This document shows, piece by piece, positions 18,443 through 28,730 of a stretch of 64,000 nt of DNA. Both the position numbers and the translations under genes were made by a program. The notes under the pieces are model-generated. The model was not told the origin of the DNA and did not search any database. It was given only the letters and a program-made list of their open reading frames with translations. Origin of the DNA: Candidatus Terraquivivens ruidianensis (GTDB lineage: Archaea > Thermoproteota > Nitrososphaeria_A > Caldarchaeales > Wolframiiraptoraceae); NCBI GenBank assembly GCA_023267885.1, contig JALNLB010000004.1:4110-68109 (forward strand). Reading direction: 5' to 3'. Position 1 is the stretch's first letter, and every line of letters starts with the position of its first letter.

Positions 18443-18571
18443 GTTAGCCCATCTAAAATGCCTAGGAACGCCCTAATATATTTAATGTGACTGGCCGCTA
18501 CGTTCTGCGCCATACTGAATAATTTCATTATGGTTAAACATTTAATTCTGACGATGCGGCTGTAAGCTCGT

Positions 18572-19288
18572 ATGATTTTCGTAGATAGTAAGGAAGCATC
18601 AAAGAACAAGAAAATACTGGAAATGCTGACGAACGTGCTGGGTCAGCAGGTCGGCATTAAGAACCTAGACGTCGGGGACTATCTCCTTGACGGTGCTGAG
18701 GGGGTGGCAATGATTGAGAGGAAGACGGTTACCGATCTGCTGAGCTCTCTGAAGCCCGACGAATCGGGCCGCGGGAGGATATGGTCCCAGCTTGATAAGC
18801 TCTCTGAGATGGATTCTTTTGAGAAGATATTGATAATAGAGGGGTGGCTGGGCGCGATAAGGAAGATGACGGGGTGGAATGAGGCCAGCGTCTACAGAGC
18901 AGTAGAGAGCATACAGAGGAGCTACGAGGTCGCCGTTATTCATACGCCAGACTGGAGGGGAACGGGAGCTTACATAATAACAAAATACAAGAGTCTTTCG
19001 GAGAAAACAGAGCCAAGGGACATAAGGCTTAGGGTAAGCTCAGCCTCGATGACGCCGGAGCAGCAAGCGCTCTATGTCGTAGAAGGGCTTCCGAGGGTTG
19101 GGCCGAGCCTGGCCAAAGCTCTCCTCAAGACCTACGGCTCCGTGAAGAATGTGTTTGATTCGCTGGCCTCAAAACCTGTTGATCTCCTGAGGGATGACGT
19201 GGCCAAATCTTTGGGCAGAAAACCCCCGGAGATTGTTATAAAGAATGCCAAAGAACTGATCGTAAAAGAGGTTAAATTTGAACAGTGA
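18572..19288 (+). CDS. xpf: Short-form XPF/ERCC4 nuclease with C-terminal (HhH)2
   Basis: 238 aa. ERCC4 motif VGDYLL..VAMIERKTVTDL. HhH region VVEGLPRVGPSLAKALLKTYGSVKNVF. Confidence 0.85.
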   Translation: MIFVDSKEASKNKKILEMLTNVLGQQVGIKNLDVGDYLLDGAEGVAMIERKTVTDLLSSLKPDESGRGRIWSQLDKLSEMDSFEKILIIEGWLGAIRKMTGWNEASVYRAVESIQRSYEVAVIHTPDWRGTGAYIITKYKSLSEKTEPRDIRLRVSSASMTPEQQALYVVEGLPRVGPSLAKALLKTYGSVKNVFDSLASKPVDLLRDDVAKSLGRKPPEIVIKNAKELIVKEVKFEQ

Positions 19289-19339
19289 GTTCGTGAAGGT
19301 TTTAAAGAAACTCTGGAGATTAAAGAGGCGCTGTATGAA

Positions 19340-20179
19340 CTAAGCCACGTTACCTAGGAGCAGCGATGCGATGGTAGCGACCGTAACTATGAGCAAAGTT
19401 TCCAGTAGGATCTTCTTCCAACTCGTCCGAGACTTCTTGGAACGGTATCTAACAAGGAGCGCATTCACCGCGCCGACAATCCCCAGCGCCATAATAAGAT
19501 TTATGGGTCCCGGCAAAGCTATGTATGCGACTATAGGAATGCTCCCTGCCAGAAAAGTAGTTACGCTACATACAAAGGCAGCGTACAGGTTAGACCGCCT
19601 CACTTCTTTATGAAGAAGGATGAATAACTTCTTAACTAGCATCAGAGATTTGTTGCGTTCATCTTTGTCGGGAATGTCGCTCAGGCTGAATCTTATTAGG
19701 GTTTGGAGGGACTTTATGTCCGCCAAATCTTCTGTTATTCCACCCAAAAGGAAGCTCGAAAAGTTCGTTATGGCTACGGCTATCAACGTTAAAAGAGCGG
19801 CGAATACGACGACCCTAATGAGTAGGCCGGATATGAATGCAGAAAGCACTACGACAAGCCCCGTTATGGAACCGTCAACGAGGCCAGCTACGACCTCAAG
19901 TATAGGCTCCCTTTTCAGTAGAAGGTTCTTCCACTCCCCGCTCAGCCTCAGGCCTTGAGGTGTTAGTCGAACGTAGTTACCCTCCTCAATTATTAGCCCC
20001 TCAGAGGCCATTTCTTTTAATGCCTCGTCCAAGTCACTCGTCTCGACGCAGACCTTGTCAGCACAAATCTTGTCGATGCGTTTTTTAAGGAGAGCTTTAT
20101 GCATACTAGTCCTTCTTCTCAAGTTCAGCAGAATGAACACTTTTATAACGTCGGGTAACTCTTGAATCTCAAAGGACAC
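19340..20179 (-). CDS. Membrane protein: N-terminal wHTH-like domain fused to a VIT1/CCC1-like (DUF125) transmembrane domain
   Basis: 279 aa. The soluble N-terminal ~95 aa (..LDEALKEMASEGLIIEEGNYVRLTPQGLRL) is followed by EVVAGLVDGSITGLVVVLSAF and further TM helices resembling the VIT family. The family call is tentative. Confidence 0.45.
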   Translation of the reverse strand: MSFEIQELPDVIKVFILLNLRRRTSMHKALLKKRIDKICADKVCVETSDLDEALKEMASEGLIIEEGNYVRLTPQGLRLSGEWKNLLLKREPILEVVAGLVDGSITGLVVVLSAFISGLLIRVVVFAALLTLIAVAITNFSSFLLGGITEDLADIKSLQTLIRFSLSDIPDKDERNKSLMLVKKLFILLHKEVRRSNLYAAFVCSVTTFLAGSIPIVAYIALPGPINLIMALGIVGAVNALLVRYRSKKSRTSWKKILLETLLIVTVATIASLLLGNVA

Positions 20180-20297
20180 TCAGCGTTTCACCGCTCGCAT
20201 TTTAGTGGATATCTCCATCGATTTAATAAACCCTTAAGCCTCATATATAAATCAGCGACTACTATACCAAAACTGCAACATAGCGCTTGCATGAATG

Positions 20298-20371
20298 TGG
20301 ACCGGCGGGGATTTGAACCCCGGACCTCTCGGGTGCAAACCGAGTGCTCTTCCAGACTGAGCTACCGGCCC
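20298..20371 (-). tRNA. tRNA-Ala (anticodon UGC), no encoded CCA, no intron
   Basis: Minus-strand sequence GGGCCGGTAGCTCAGTCTGGAAGAGCACTCGGTTTGCACCCGAGAGGTCCGGGGTTCAAATCCCCGCCGGTCCA folds as a cloverleaf. It has a 7-bp acceptor stem with the G3:U70 alanine identity pair, anticodon loop TTTGCAC, and a GGTTCAAATCC T-arm. AATAAATAA lies ~25 nt upstream. Confidence 0.95.
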
Positions 20372-20446
20372 CTTAGTAGCCTTAAGGGGTTACTTATTTA
20401 TTAGCTTACCATGCATATCGGTATACAAAGGCTGGGCTTCATTTTA

Positions 20447-21442
20447 TTATGTAGAAAACCTAGTTGACAGTCTTACTTGAAAGAACGTCATAATAAGAAG
20501 CATACCAGATACGATAAGCGAGATATAGTATGTGGCAATACGCCAGTGCATGACCATGAGTGGTGAGTTTATGCTGAGAACGTCATGAAGATAGAGGTAT
20601 AAGCCTGTCTCGGTAAGTCCTGCGCCTCCTACCGTTATCGGAAGTGTTCCAAGGATGCTACCTGCGTGGAACCCAAGTAGTGTACCGAGAATTCCAGCGT
20701 GATTCAACATAAGATATAGGATAAGTGCTGGAGTTATCATTATGACTATTGTTAGGAGAATTAGCTGCGTGAGCAGGGATAGGTTCGTTCTGGAGAAGGT
20801 AGCACATAATATCCTAGTCATCTCGTTTGAGCCCTCCGATAGCCTCCGACGGATTTCTAACGGTAACGGCATCTTATCCGAGCGCTTGGTTATCCAAGCC
20901 TTTAGGGCGTTTCCACCTAAGCCCTTAGCCAAGCTGATGAAAACAACGGCCGCCAGCATCTGCGTCGTAGATATCACTAAAATCATGGTAGCAAGATAAT
21001 ATGCTCTGGCTACGAGTGCGTTCAGTCCGGCTGCAAAAGCTAATGTAGAGCCCACCAGCGTGTCTAGCATCAGCTCTACGATTGATATCCAGAAAGCCAC
21101 AGTCGCACGCTCGCCACGCTCAGTCAACAACCATGTTCTGGCTGCCTCATCGGCCATGAACGGTATTATGGTGAGGGCGAAAAACTCGCTGGCACCTCTT
21201 AATGCGAACGAGTCTATGTAACCTATGTTCAGGCAGGAGAAACGTCTCAGGAGCATATGTAACCTCAGACCCTGAGCCATGAATCTGGCGAAGTTCAGGG
21301 CTAGAGCTAAGATGAGTACATGGGACTGTATGTCCAGGACGTCCTCCAACGATATATTGAAGACGTTGATGATTAGGATGGTGACACTAAGAGCGATTAT
21401 GATGCCTACAATCGAGTATCTCAAGCACCTAGGGTTCATCAT
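20447..21442 (-). CDS. Polytopic membrane protein, flippase-like (UPF0104 / LPG-synthase-TM-like)
   Basis: 331 aa with about 8 hydrophobic helices. Operonic with a methyltransferase and a sugar epimerase. The family call is tentative. Confidence 0.5.
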   Translation of the reverse strand: MMNPRCLRYSIVGIIIALSVTILIINVFNISLEDVLDIQSHVLILALALNFARFMAQGLRLHMLLRRFSCLNIGYIDSFALRGASEFFALTIIPFMADEAARTWLLTERGERATVAFWISIVELMLDTLVGSTLAFAAGLNALVARAYYLATMILVISTTQMLAAVVFISLAKGLGGNALKAWITKRSDKMPLPLEIRRRLSEGSNEMTRILCATFSRTNLSLLTQLILLTIVIMITPALILYLMLNHAGILGTLLGFHAGSILGTLPITVGGAGLTETGLYLYLHDVLSINSPLMVMHWRIATYYISLIVSGMLLIMTFFQVRLSTRFST

Positions 21443-21995
21443 CTCTCACCGCAACAACGCATATTGACTGCTGAATGAAGCGAAGCTTCCTATTCCTGAT
21501 GAGTCTAAGGGGCCAGTATATATGTAAGGGGAGAGGTATCTGGGCTATCACATTTAGACCGCAACTGTGTAGCAGTTTCGTAAGACCCCGCCAGCTGAAG
21601 TGGTGCAGATGGGATGGGTCTGCAAAGCTATCATAGAATCCGAGTCCTAATGTGTTGGGTGTTAAGATTAGCAGTAGACCGTTATCGGCCAGTACCCTAC
21701 GGCACTCCCAGATAGCATTCTTGATGTCAACTACATGCTCCAACACATCAAACATTATCACTCTGTCAAAGCATCCATCCACGAATGGCAGAGATGAAGC
21801 TGAGGCCAAGACATCGGGCCTCAGCCCAATATCCACGCATACGTACTGCTTACCCATACAGTAGGCCTCGTAGTGTCTGAGACCACAGCCAACTTCTAAA
21901 ACCCTTAAAGCTCCTGAGGTAAACGCTGCTACAAGCTCGGCCTTATATCCGCGGAATCTATGGGGCTCCAGAGGACTTTTGAGGAGACGATTCAC
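21429..21995 (-). CDS. Class I SAM-dependent methyltransferase
   Basis: 188 aa. VLEVGCGLRH, FDRVIMFDVLEHV and DNGLLLILTPN. Confidence 0.75.
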   Translation of the reverse strand: MNRLLKSPLEPHRFRGYKAELVAAFTSGALRVLEVGCGLRHYEAYCMGKQYVCVDIGLRPDVLASASSLPFVDGCFDRVIMFDVLEHVVDIKNAIWECRRVLADNGLLLILTPNTLGLGFYDSFADPSHLHHFSWRGLTKLLHSCGLNVIAQIPLPLHIYWPLRLIRNRKLRFIQQSICVVAVRDDEP

Positions 21996-22897
21996 TTTGT
22001 GATGCCTACCCTCTTCTTTTCGTACTCTATTACCCTTTTTAACCCCTCCTCAAGACTTACCACGGGTCTGTAACCTATGCTCATAAGCTTCTCTATGCTT
22101 GGATAGCTACGCATGGGTTCAGACTCCATCTCAGTCCTAGGCGGAAGTAAGATAAGCTCTGAAGAAGAACCCGTTAGTGCCTTTATCTTCTCTGCCAGCT
22201 GCCTTATCGTGACCTCGTTGCCCGTTCCGACGTTAAAGACTTGACCGACGGCCTCTTCCCTTTCAAGGGATAGTTTAACTGCAAGACAATAGTTCTCTAT
22301 GTATGTAGGGTCTGTCGAGTCCCTGCCAGCGTTGTAGAGGTATAGAGGTTGGTTGGTAAGGCAACTTCTCACGAACCTTACTATGGCAGAAGTGGGCACG
22401 TCGTCCTCGCCGAAAAGCTTCCAAGACCTAAGTATAACTGCTGGCAACCCTTTGTGATTTATGTAACTCTCAACGAACTTTTCGCCTATAACTTTTGAGA
22501 AGTCGTAAGGTGCTCTAGGGCTTATCGGTGTGTCCTCTCTGACTGGTAGTTCTTTTGGTAGACCATACACATTCGCTGAGGATGCGTAAATGAATCGTTT
22601 CAGGCCTATTCTTGCGGATGCCTCAAGGACGTTAAGTGTGCCAAAGCAGTTGACGCGGTAGCAGTTATATGGGTCCTCTATGGACTTCGGTATGCTCACT
22701 ATGGCGGCGAGATGTACGATAGCGTCTGGATTAAAATCCGTTACAGCACGAAATACGGCATCCTTGTCCACGACATCCACCGTATATTCTGAAGAGTCAG
22801 CTATATCAATACCCGCGACATCGTATCCGAGTGACTTAAAATAGCGTTTAAGATTCCTACCGATAAAACCTTCTGACCCTGTGATCAGTACCTTCAT
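21992..22897 (-). CDS. NAD-dependent sugar epimerase/dehydratase (SDR, UDP-glucose 4-epimerase family)
   Basis: 301 aa. MKVLITGSEGFIGRNL Rossmann motif and a YDFSK catalytic YxxxK. Confidence 0.85.
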   Translation of the reverse strand: MKVLITGSEGFIGRNLKRYFKSLGYDVAGIDIADSSEYTVDVVDKDAVFRAVTDFNPDAIVHLAAIVSIPKSIEDPYNCYRVNCFGTLNVLEASARIGLKRFIYASSANVYGLPKELPVREDTPISPRAPYDFSKVIGEKFVESYINHKGLPAVILRSWKLFGEDDVPTSAIVRFVRSCLTNQPLYLYNAGRDSTDPTYIENYCLAVKLSLEREEAVGQVFNVGTGNEVTIRQLAEKIKALTGSSSELILLPPRTEMESEPMRSYPSIEKLMSIGYRPVVSLEEGLKRVIEYEKKRVGITK

Positions 22898-22967
22898 TGC
22901 ACAGACCAGTTATTGGCTCGTGAGTCATATTTTAATCTTAAAAATTAACATCAAATTATGAATCAAA

Positions 22968-23657
22968 ATGTATAAAAAGCAAACAATTCTAAAAATCGGC
23001 AACGTAACCGTCAGGCTCTACGAGGACAAGAGAGTTTATAGACCGTTAGCTGTGTCGAGGTTAATCGCCAGCTGTATTGCCCTAAAGGGCGGCGAGTATG
23101 TTTTAGACTTGGGCACTGGTAGCGGCTTTTTGGCGATAGTGGCGTCTAAACTTGGCGCTGGAAGCTGCGTGGCTACGGATACCTCACCTGACGCTATAGC
23201 AATGGCTAAAGCTAATGCAGAATTAAACAACGTACATAACATCGAGATTAGGCGAGGAAATCTCTACGAGCCCGTAGAGAATGAACGGTTTGATGTGATA
23301 ATATCGAACCCACCGATGACGCCCTCACCAAGGCCTTTAAAATCGGAAACCTATGGAGGACAGAACGGCAGGGCAGTTTTGGATACCGTCATAAAGGGTG
23401 CAAGGGAGCATCTAAGACCAGGCGGCAAGCTCCTAATTCCGACAATATCGATAATCGGCATAGACGTAACGGCCAGCATGCTTGCCCAGCTGGGCATGAG
23501 CTATAGATGCGTGGGTTATACCATAGTTCCCTTTAGTAAACTCTTGAGAAGTTTAGAAGAATACATAACGAAGTTGCCGAACGCCAGCATAGTATACGAT
23601 AGACATATGAGAGCATGCTGGACGGCCGTGGTCTTCGAGGCAACTCTACTATCTTAG
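22968..23657 (+). CDS. HemK/Mtq2-like methyltransferase (NPPY-class, here NPPM)
   Basis: 229 aa. VLDLGTGSGFLAIVASKLGA..ATDTSPDAIAMAKANAELN..FDVIISNPPMTP. Confidence 0.65.
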   Translation: MYKKQTILKIGNVTVRLYEDKRVYRPLAVSRLIASCIALKGGEYVLDLGTGSGFLAIVASKLGAGSCVATDTSPDAIAMAKANAELNNVHNIEIRRGNLYEPVENERFDVIISNPPMTPSPRPLKSETYGGQNGRAVLDTVIKGAREHLRPGGKLLIPTISIIGIDVTASMLAQLGMSYRCVGYTIVPFSKLLRSLEEYITKLPNASIVYDRHMRACWTAVVFEATLLS

Positions 23658-24866
23658 CATACTACTGAATGCCTTTCCAAGCCTGGATATGCCCTCAACT
23701 AAGTTCTCGACGGAGTTAGCAAAGCTAATCCTGATGAAGCCCTCACCGTATTTACCCATAGATGAGCCGTGAAGGACAGCTACACCATAGTCTTCGATTA
23801 ACCTAGCGACAAGCTGTTCAGAGTTCATACCAACCCGCGATAAAATCTTTTGAACGTTAACGAACGTGTAGAAAGCCCCTTGCGGCTTCAGATACGTTAC
23901 GCCTTCTATCTTCTTGAGTTCTTCCATTACCGCATTTCTTCTCTCTTCGTATGCTTTCACCATCCGTCTCACGGAATCTTGTGGACCCCTGAGCGCCTCT
24001 ATACCAGCATACTGGACGAACTGGCTTGGACACGATGTCATGTTGTTTAACAGCTTAGTCACAGGCTCGACAAGGTCTGAGGGGACGACCGCATACCCAA
24101 GCCTCCAACCAGTCATAGCGTACCTTTTCGAGAATCCATCCACCAATATTACGTTGTCTTTTTTTGCGAAGGATAGCGGTGAGTAGTGCCTCAGCCCATC
24201 GAACAGTATAGGATAGTATATTTCGTCAGATATCACGAATGCGTACCTATCCTCCGCAATCTCCACTATGCCCTTCACATCTTCCTTCTTTAGGACAGAC
24301 CCGCATGGGTTATGCGGCGAATTGATGATTATCGCCTTCGTTTTGCTCGTCACTAGCTCGTTAACTTCTTCAGGCGTCATTCTAAACTCATTACTTTCGC
24401 TCAACCTCAATGGCACGGGTTTTCCACCTGAACATGCCGTGACAGACTCGTACGCAGGGTATCCTGGGTTCGGATATATCACCTCGTCACCATCATCTAC
24501 AATGGACATGATGGATGCGAATATTGCCTCCTTGCAGCCGAGGGTCACGAGTACATTCTTCCAATTAACGCTAACGCCCAGTTCAGCAGAGACCTTCTCT
24601 GCAATAGCCTCCCTAAGCCCTAATATTCCAGGCGTGGGCGTGTAATGCGTCGCGCCTTTCGCCAAAGCCTCCATCGCCGCCCTCTTTATGTTCTCTGGCG
24701 TGTCAAAGTCTGGCTCGCCAATCTCCATATGTATTACATTTTTTCCCTTTGCTTCGGCATCCTTTGCTTTTGCAAGAACGGCAAAAGCACCTTCCTGAGT
24801 TATCTTGTAAACTCTGCTGGATGTTCTCTTCATGGTTGTTTCAGAAATTTCTGATGTTTTATCCAT
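23649..24866 (-). CDS. PLP-dependent aminotransferase, class I (aspartate aminotransferase-like)
   Basis: 405 aa. HMEIGEPDFDTP, YPNPGYPAYE, INSPHNPCG and GFSKRYAMTGWRLGY (PLP lysine context). Confidence 0.85.
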   Translation of the reverse strand: MDKTSEISETTMKRTSSRVYKITQEGAFAVLAKAKDAEAKGKNVIHMEIGEPDFDTPENIKRAAMEALAKGATHYTPTPGILGLREAIAEKVSAELGVSVNWKNVLVTLGCKEAIFASIMSIVDDGDEVIYPNPGYPAYESVTACSGGKPVPLRLSESNEFRMTPEEVNELVTSKTKAIIINSPHNPCGSVLKKEDVKGIVEIAEDRYAFVISDEIYYPILFDGLRHYSPLSFAKKDNVILVDGFSKRYAMTGWRLGYAVVPSDLVEPVTKLLNNMTSCPSQFVQYAGIEALRGPQDSVRRMVKAYEERRNAVMEELKKIEGVTYLKPQGAFYTFVNVQKILSRVGMNSEQLVARLIEDYGVAVLHGSSMGKYGEGFIRISFANSVENLVEGISRLGKAFSSMLR

Positions 24867-24935
24867 ATAAAAACTTTCGAAGTGTATAAGTTAATAAAAA
24901 TGCCGTACGAGTAAAACGTGAGTTGATCGAGTAAC

Positions 24936-26273
24936 ATGGACACATCGGGTTTGCAGGGATATTCGGGTACGACGAAAGAACTTTTAGAACGGGAAAACGT
25001 ACGCATTGGAGACGAAATTGAGGTAATATCAAACGGCAAGAGATATAGAGGCATCTTAATGGCTAGGTATGAGTTATCGGACCCAAACTACATAACCTTA
25101 AAGCTCCATAACGGTTACAACATTGGGATAAGGGTAACAAAGGGCGTAAGAGTTTTCAAAATATCTGCCGGGGTGAAACCAGCGTTCGTGCGGCCACCTA
25201 AACCCCAAATCCTCAGCGACCTTCCGAGCGTTATCATAGTCAGCACGGGTGGGACCATAGCGAGTAGAGTGGAGTATAGGACTGGAGCCGTTAGACCTGC
25301 TTTGAATGCAGACGACTTATTAGCAATAGTTCCCGAGCTCGCGGGAATCGCAAGGATAGACACCGAAATACTGTATAACGTGTGGAGCGAGAACATTCAA
25401 GTTCAACATTGGATTGGAATGGCTGAGGCCGTAGACCGACTTATTCGTAAGAACGTAGATGGTGTTGTCTTAACGCACGGTACTGACACCATGGGATATA
25501 CGGCCGCAGCGCTCAGTTTTGCACTCCAGAAGCCACCTGTTCCAGTCGTTCTTGTCGGCGCGCAAAGGTCTTCGGACAGGCCTTCCAGCGATGCGACGAC
25601 CAACTTAATCGCCGCCGTCGCAACCGCCGCCAAAGCACCTTTCGGCGAGGTTGTCGTTGCCATGCATAAGTGGCACTCTGACGATGTCATAGCCCTGCAT
25701 AGGGGAACTAGAGTCGTTAAACTGCATACGAGTAGCAGGGATGCCTTCCATTCGGTGAATTCAAGACCGATTGCTTACTATCAGCATGGTGAGCTTAGGG
25801 TAATTGCCGACGATTTAAATCCGAGGGGGTCCAATGAATATATCTGCAAACCAAAGTTTGATGCGAGGGCATTCCTCATCAAGTTCTTTCCGTCCATGAA
25901 ACCTGATATACTGAACATCCTAGCCGATATAGGCATAAAGGGCTTTGTGATAGAAGGGACGGGACTCGGGCATGTCTCTTCAAACTGGGTACCGGTGATA
26001 AAGGAATTGACGGAAATAGGAGTATTCGTAGGTATGACATCCCAGTGCAAGTTTGGAAGGGTTAACATGAACGTATACGATAGTGGTAGAGACTTACTAA
26101 GGGCTGGCGTCGTTCCGCTTGACGACATGCTAGCTGAAGTTGCGCTAGTTAAGCTCATGTGGATACTAGGCAACTTTGGTGATAGGGCAGAATTGGAAGA
26201 TATTAAGGAACTTATGCTCATGAATGTGGCTGGGGAGATTCGCTCAAGAACTCTACCTAATGTTGGTGGATGA
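24936..26273 (+). CDS. gatD: Glu-tRNA(Gln) amidotransferase subunit D
   Basis: 445 aa. N-terminal GatD-specific domain plus an asparaginase domain (VIIVSTGGTIASRV, VLTHGTDTMGYTA). Located immediately upstream of gatE. Confidence 0.9.
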   Translation: MDTSGLQGYSGTTKELLERENVRIGDEIEVISNGKRYRGILMARYELSDPNYITLKLHNGYNIGIRVTKGVRVFKISAGVKPAFVRPPKPQILSDLPSVIIVSTGGTIASRVEYRTGAVRPALNADDLLAIVPELAGIARIDTEILYNVWSENIQVQHWIGMAEAVDRLIRKNVDGVVLTHGTDTMGYTAAALSFALQKPPVPVVLVGAQRSSDRPSSDATTNLIAAVATAAKAPFGEVVVAMHKWHSDDVIALHRGTRVVKLHTSSRDAFHSVNSRPIAYYQHGELRVIADDLNPRGSNEYICKPKFDARAFLIKFFPSMKPDILNILADIGIKGFVIEGTGLGHVSSNWVPVIKELTEIGVFVGMTSQCKFGRVNMNVYDSGRDLLRAGVVPLDDMLAEVALVKLMWILGNFGDRAELEDIKELMLMNVAGEIRSRTLPNVGG

Positions 26274-26277
26274 TATT

Positions 26278-28185
26278 ATGGAGGATTATTCTGGCATAGG
26301 ATTGAAGGTTGGTCTGGAGATACATAGACAGCTGGACACAAAAAAGAAGTTATTTTGTGAATGTCCGACGGAAGAAGTCGGGGACGGGGAAGGTATAGAA
26401 TTCGTCAGAAGGTTAAGGGAAGTTCAAAGCGAATTGGGTACGATAGATGCAGCAGCAAAGTTTGAATCAAGAAAACAGAAGACTATTGTTTACCATGCAA
26501 ATCTTAAAAATGTTTGTATGGTCGAGATGGATGAGGAGCCTCCGCATAATCTGAATCCCGAGGCTCTCGATGTAGCACTTATAGTTACCCTCTTGGTGGA
26601 CGCTGAACCAGTTGATGAGATACATGTAATGCGAAAGATAGTCATAGATGGCTCTAACACGACGGGATTTCAGCGCACGTGTATAGTGGGGATAGGAGGC
26701 CGCATAGAGGTAAAGAATAAAATCATACCCATACAGACGATAACTCTTGAGGAGGATGCTGCTAGGATAATAGAGGTTAGAAAAGACGAGGTTCATTACG
26801 ACCTATCGAGACTCGGAATACCGTTAATAGAAGTTTCAACTGGGCCGGTCATCGAGTCGCCTGAAGAAGCGATGGAAGTAGCTTATGCCATAGGGAGAAT
26901 TCTAAGGGCAACGGGCAAGGTTAAGAGAGGGATAGGAACCGTCAGGCAAGATTTGAACGTATCCATCAAGGGTGGAGCACCTGTCGAGATAAAAGGTGTC
27001 CAAGAGCTCGAGCTCGTCCAGAAAGTCGTGGAGAATGAGGTTAAGCGGCAGCTACACCTTTTGCGGATAAAGGAGGAATTACTGAAGCGGGGCGTTAAGA
27101 AGGAAGATATTTTGAATGCAAAGCCCGTTGACGTAACCCGTGTATTCTCTAAAACCTCTAGTAAGATAATCAGAAGGCAGCTTGAGGTTGGTGGAGTTGT
27201 GTACGCCATAGCATTGAAAGGATTTGCTGGATTGTTAGGCTTACAGCCGTTGCCCGGCATAAGGTTTGGTGCGGAGATAGCAGGAAGGGTAAGGGCGTGG
27301 AGTGAGGTAGAGGGCATATTCCATACCGATGAACTCCCTGGTTATGGGATAACACTTGAAGAAGTCAAAGCTCTAAAGGACGTAACGGGTGCCGGAGAAT
27401 CGGATGCCATCGTAATAGTCGCGGCAGAAAGGGACAAAACGTTGGATGCGATGGATGTTATTAAGGAGAGGGCAGCCGAGGCCCTGGATGGGGTACCCGA
27501 AGAAACGAGGGCAGCAAGACCTGATGGAACGACCGTTTACATGAGGCCGAGGCCGGGCTCAGCGAGGATGTACCCGGAGACGGATATACCGCCCATCATA
27601 ATTTCACGAGAATACATCGAACGTCTGAAAATGAGGCTCCCGCCGACTTTAGACAGTATAGCCCAAAAGCTCGTAGAAAAATACGGGCTAAGCAAGCAGC
27701 TTGCAAACGACATCGTAGACAGTGATATGGTCGAAGACTTTGAGGATATTGTATCGAAAACTGGAGCACCCTATACTGTCGTAGCCTCTACGCTGACGGA
27801 GTTGCTCAGGAGTTTGAGGAGAGATGGGGTGAACGTCGAAAGGATAACTAAGGCGCATATAACGAGGTTCTTCGAGCTCGTGTCATCCGGTAAGGTGGCA
27901 AAGGAAGCCGCTAGAGATGTCTTAGCGGCCGTAGCCCAAAAGGGACAAGACGTGGACCGAATTGTAGATGAGCTTGGCCTTTGGTCTCCCCCTGTTTCTG
28001 AGGTGGAGAATAGAATTAGGACACTTGTTAAAGAGCATGAAAAAGAAATTTCCGCCGACGAAAAGAGAGCCATTGCTAAACTAATGGGCGAGCTTATGAA
28101 GGAGTACAGGGGCAAGGTTGACGGCGCACTCCTGAACAGCATGCTGGTAAAGACGATCCAGACACTTAAATCTAAAGACGTATAG
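26278..28185 (+). CDS. gatE: Glu-tRNA(Gln) amidotransferase subunit E
   Basis: GLKVGLEIHRQL, MVEMDEEPPH, GFQRT, EVSTGP and VRQDLNVSI. I chose the ATG at 26278, 5 nt after the gatD stop. The ORF-track start (26224) overlaps gatD. Confidence 0.9.
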   Translation: MEDYSGIGLKVGLEIHRQLDTKKKLFCECPTEEVGDGEGIEFVRRLREVQSELGTIDAAAKFESRKQKTIVYHANLKNVCMVEMDEEPPHNLNPEALDVALIVTLLVDAEPVDEIHVMRKIVIDGSNTTGFQRTCIVGIGGRIEVKNKIIPIQTITLEEDAARIIEVRKDEVHYDLSRLGIPLIEVSTGPVIESPEEAMEVAYAIGRILRATGKVKRGIGTVRQDLNVSIKGGAPVEIKGVQELELVQKVVENEVKRQLHLLRIKEELLKRGVKKEDILNAKPVDVTRVFSKTSSKIIRRQLEVGGVVYAIALKGFAGLLGLQPLPGIRFGAEIAGRVRAWSEVEGIFHTDELPGYGITLEEVKALKDVTGAGESDAIVIVAAERDKTLDAMDVIKERAAEALDGVPEETRAARPDGTTVYMRPRPGSARMYPETDIPPIIISREYIERLKMRLPPTLDSIAQKLVEKYGLSKQLANDIVDSDMVEDFEDIVSKTGAPYTVVASTLTELLRSLRRDGVNVERITKAHITRFFELVSSGKVAKEAARDVLAAVAQKGQDVDRIVDELGLWSPPVSEVENRIRTLVKEHEKEISADEKRAIAKLMGELMKEYRGKVDGALLNSMLVKTIQTLKSKDV

Positions 28186-28251
28186 AGTAGCTTCCCACTA
28201 ACGTTGAACGATAGATTTTAATGCATGTTTACTTAGGGTTTATGTTGGTTA

Positions 28252-28728
28252 ATGAATTTGCAAAGTGTGAAGGGTCTTAAGGTAAGGATACAGCATGATG
28301 ACGTTTCTGTCGAGTTTGATGGAAATTATGAAGACGTGTGGGTAAGCGTTAACAGGTATCTCTCAGAGCTTTATCCGTCCATTTCCATAGTGAAGAAGTT
28401 TCTAGGATTTGTTGATATTTCTCATATCATGTCCCTACTCTCAGGAAAGGCTCAAGTAGTTAACGGAAGGATAATCGTCTCGGCACAAGTGGATGCGAAG
28501 AAAAAGATCCTCATCTGTCTTGCGGCTGCATACGTGGGAAAGATGCTCGGGCTTTTAGAACATGACGCACTATCCCCTAAAGAAGTTTCAATATTTACGG
28601 GTTTAGAGGAAAGGGTTACTAGGGCTAGGCTAAGCGAGATGAGGAGGCTCGGCCTTGTTGCAAAAGTTGACGGTGGAAAGTATGCTTTTAATATATCTGC
28701 GGTTAATGCGTTGGCAGAGGAGGTTTAA
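28252..28728 (+). CDS. Hypothetical two-domain protein, paralogue A (N-terminal beta-rich module + C-terminal wHTH)
   Basis: 158 aa. LKVRIQHDDVSVEFDGNYEDVWVSV... and a C-terminal LSPKEVSIFTGLEERVTRARLSEMRRLGLVAKVDGGKYAF. Clearly alignable with the next ORF. Confidence 0.6.
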   Translation: MNLQSVKGLKVRIQHDDVSVEFDGNYEDVWVSVNRYLSELYPSISIVKKFLGFVDISHIMSLLSGKAQVVNGRIIVSAQVDAKKKILICLAAAYVGKMLGLLEHDALSPKEVSIFTGLEERVTRARLSEMRRLGLVAKVDGGKYAFNISAVNALAEEV

Positions 28729-28730
28729 TT

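Noticed and set aside
20180-20446. Possible integration hotspot or mobile element next to tRNA-Ala and, around 41331-41685, tRNA-Glu.
   Set aside because: I saw no integrase, no direct repeat of the tRNA 3' end, and no change in gene content. The flanking genes are ordinary chromosomal genes.
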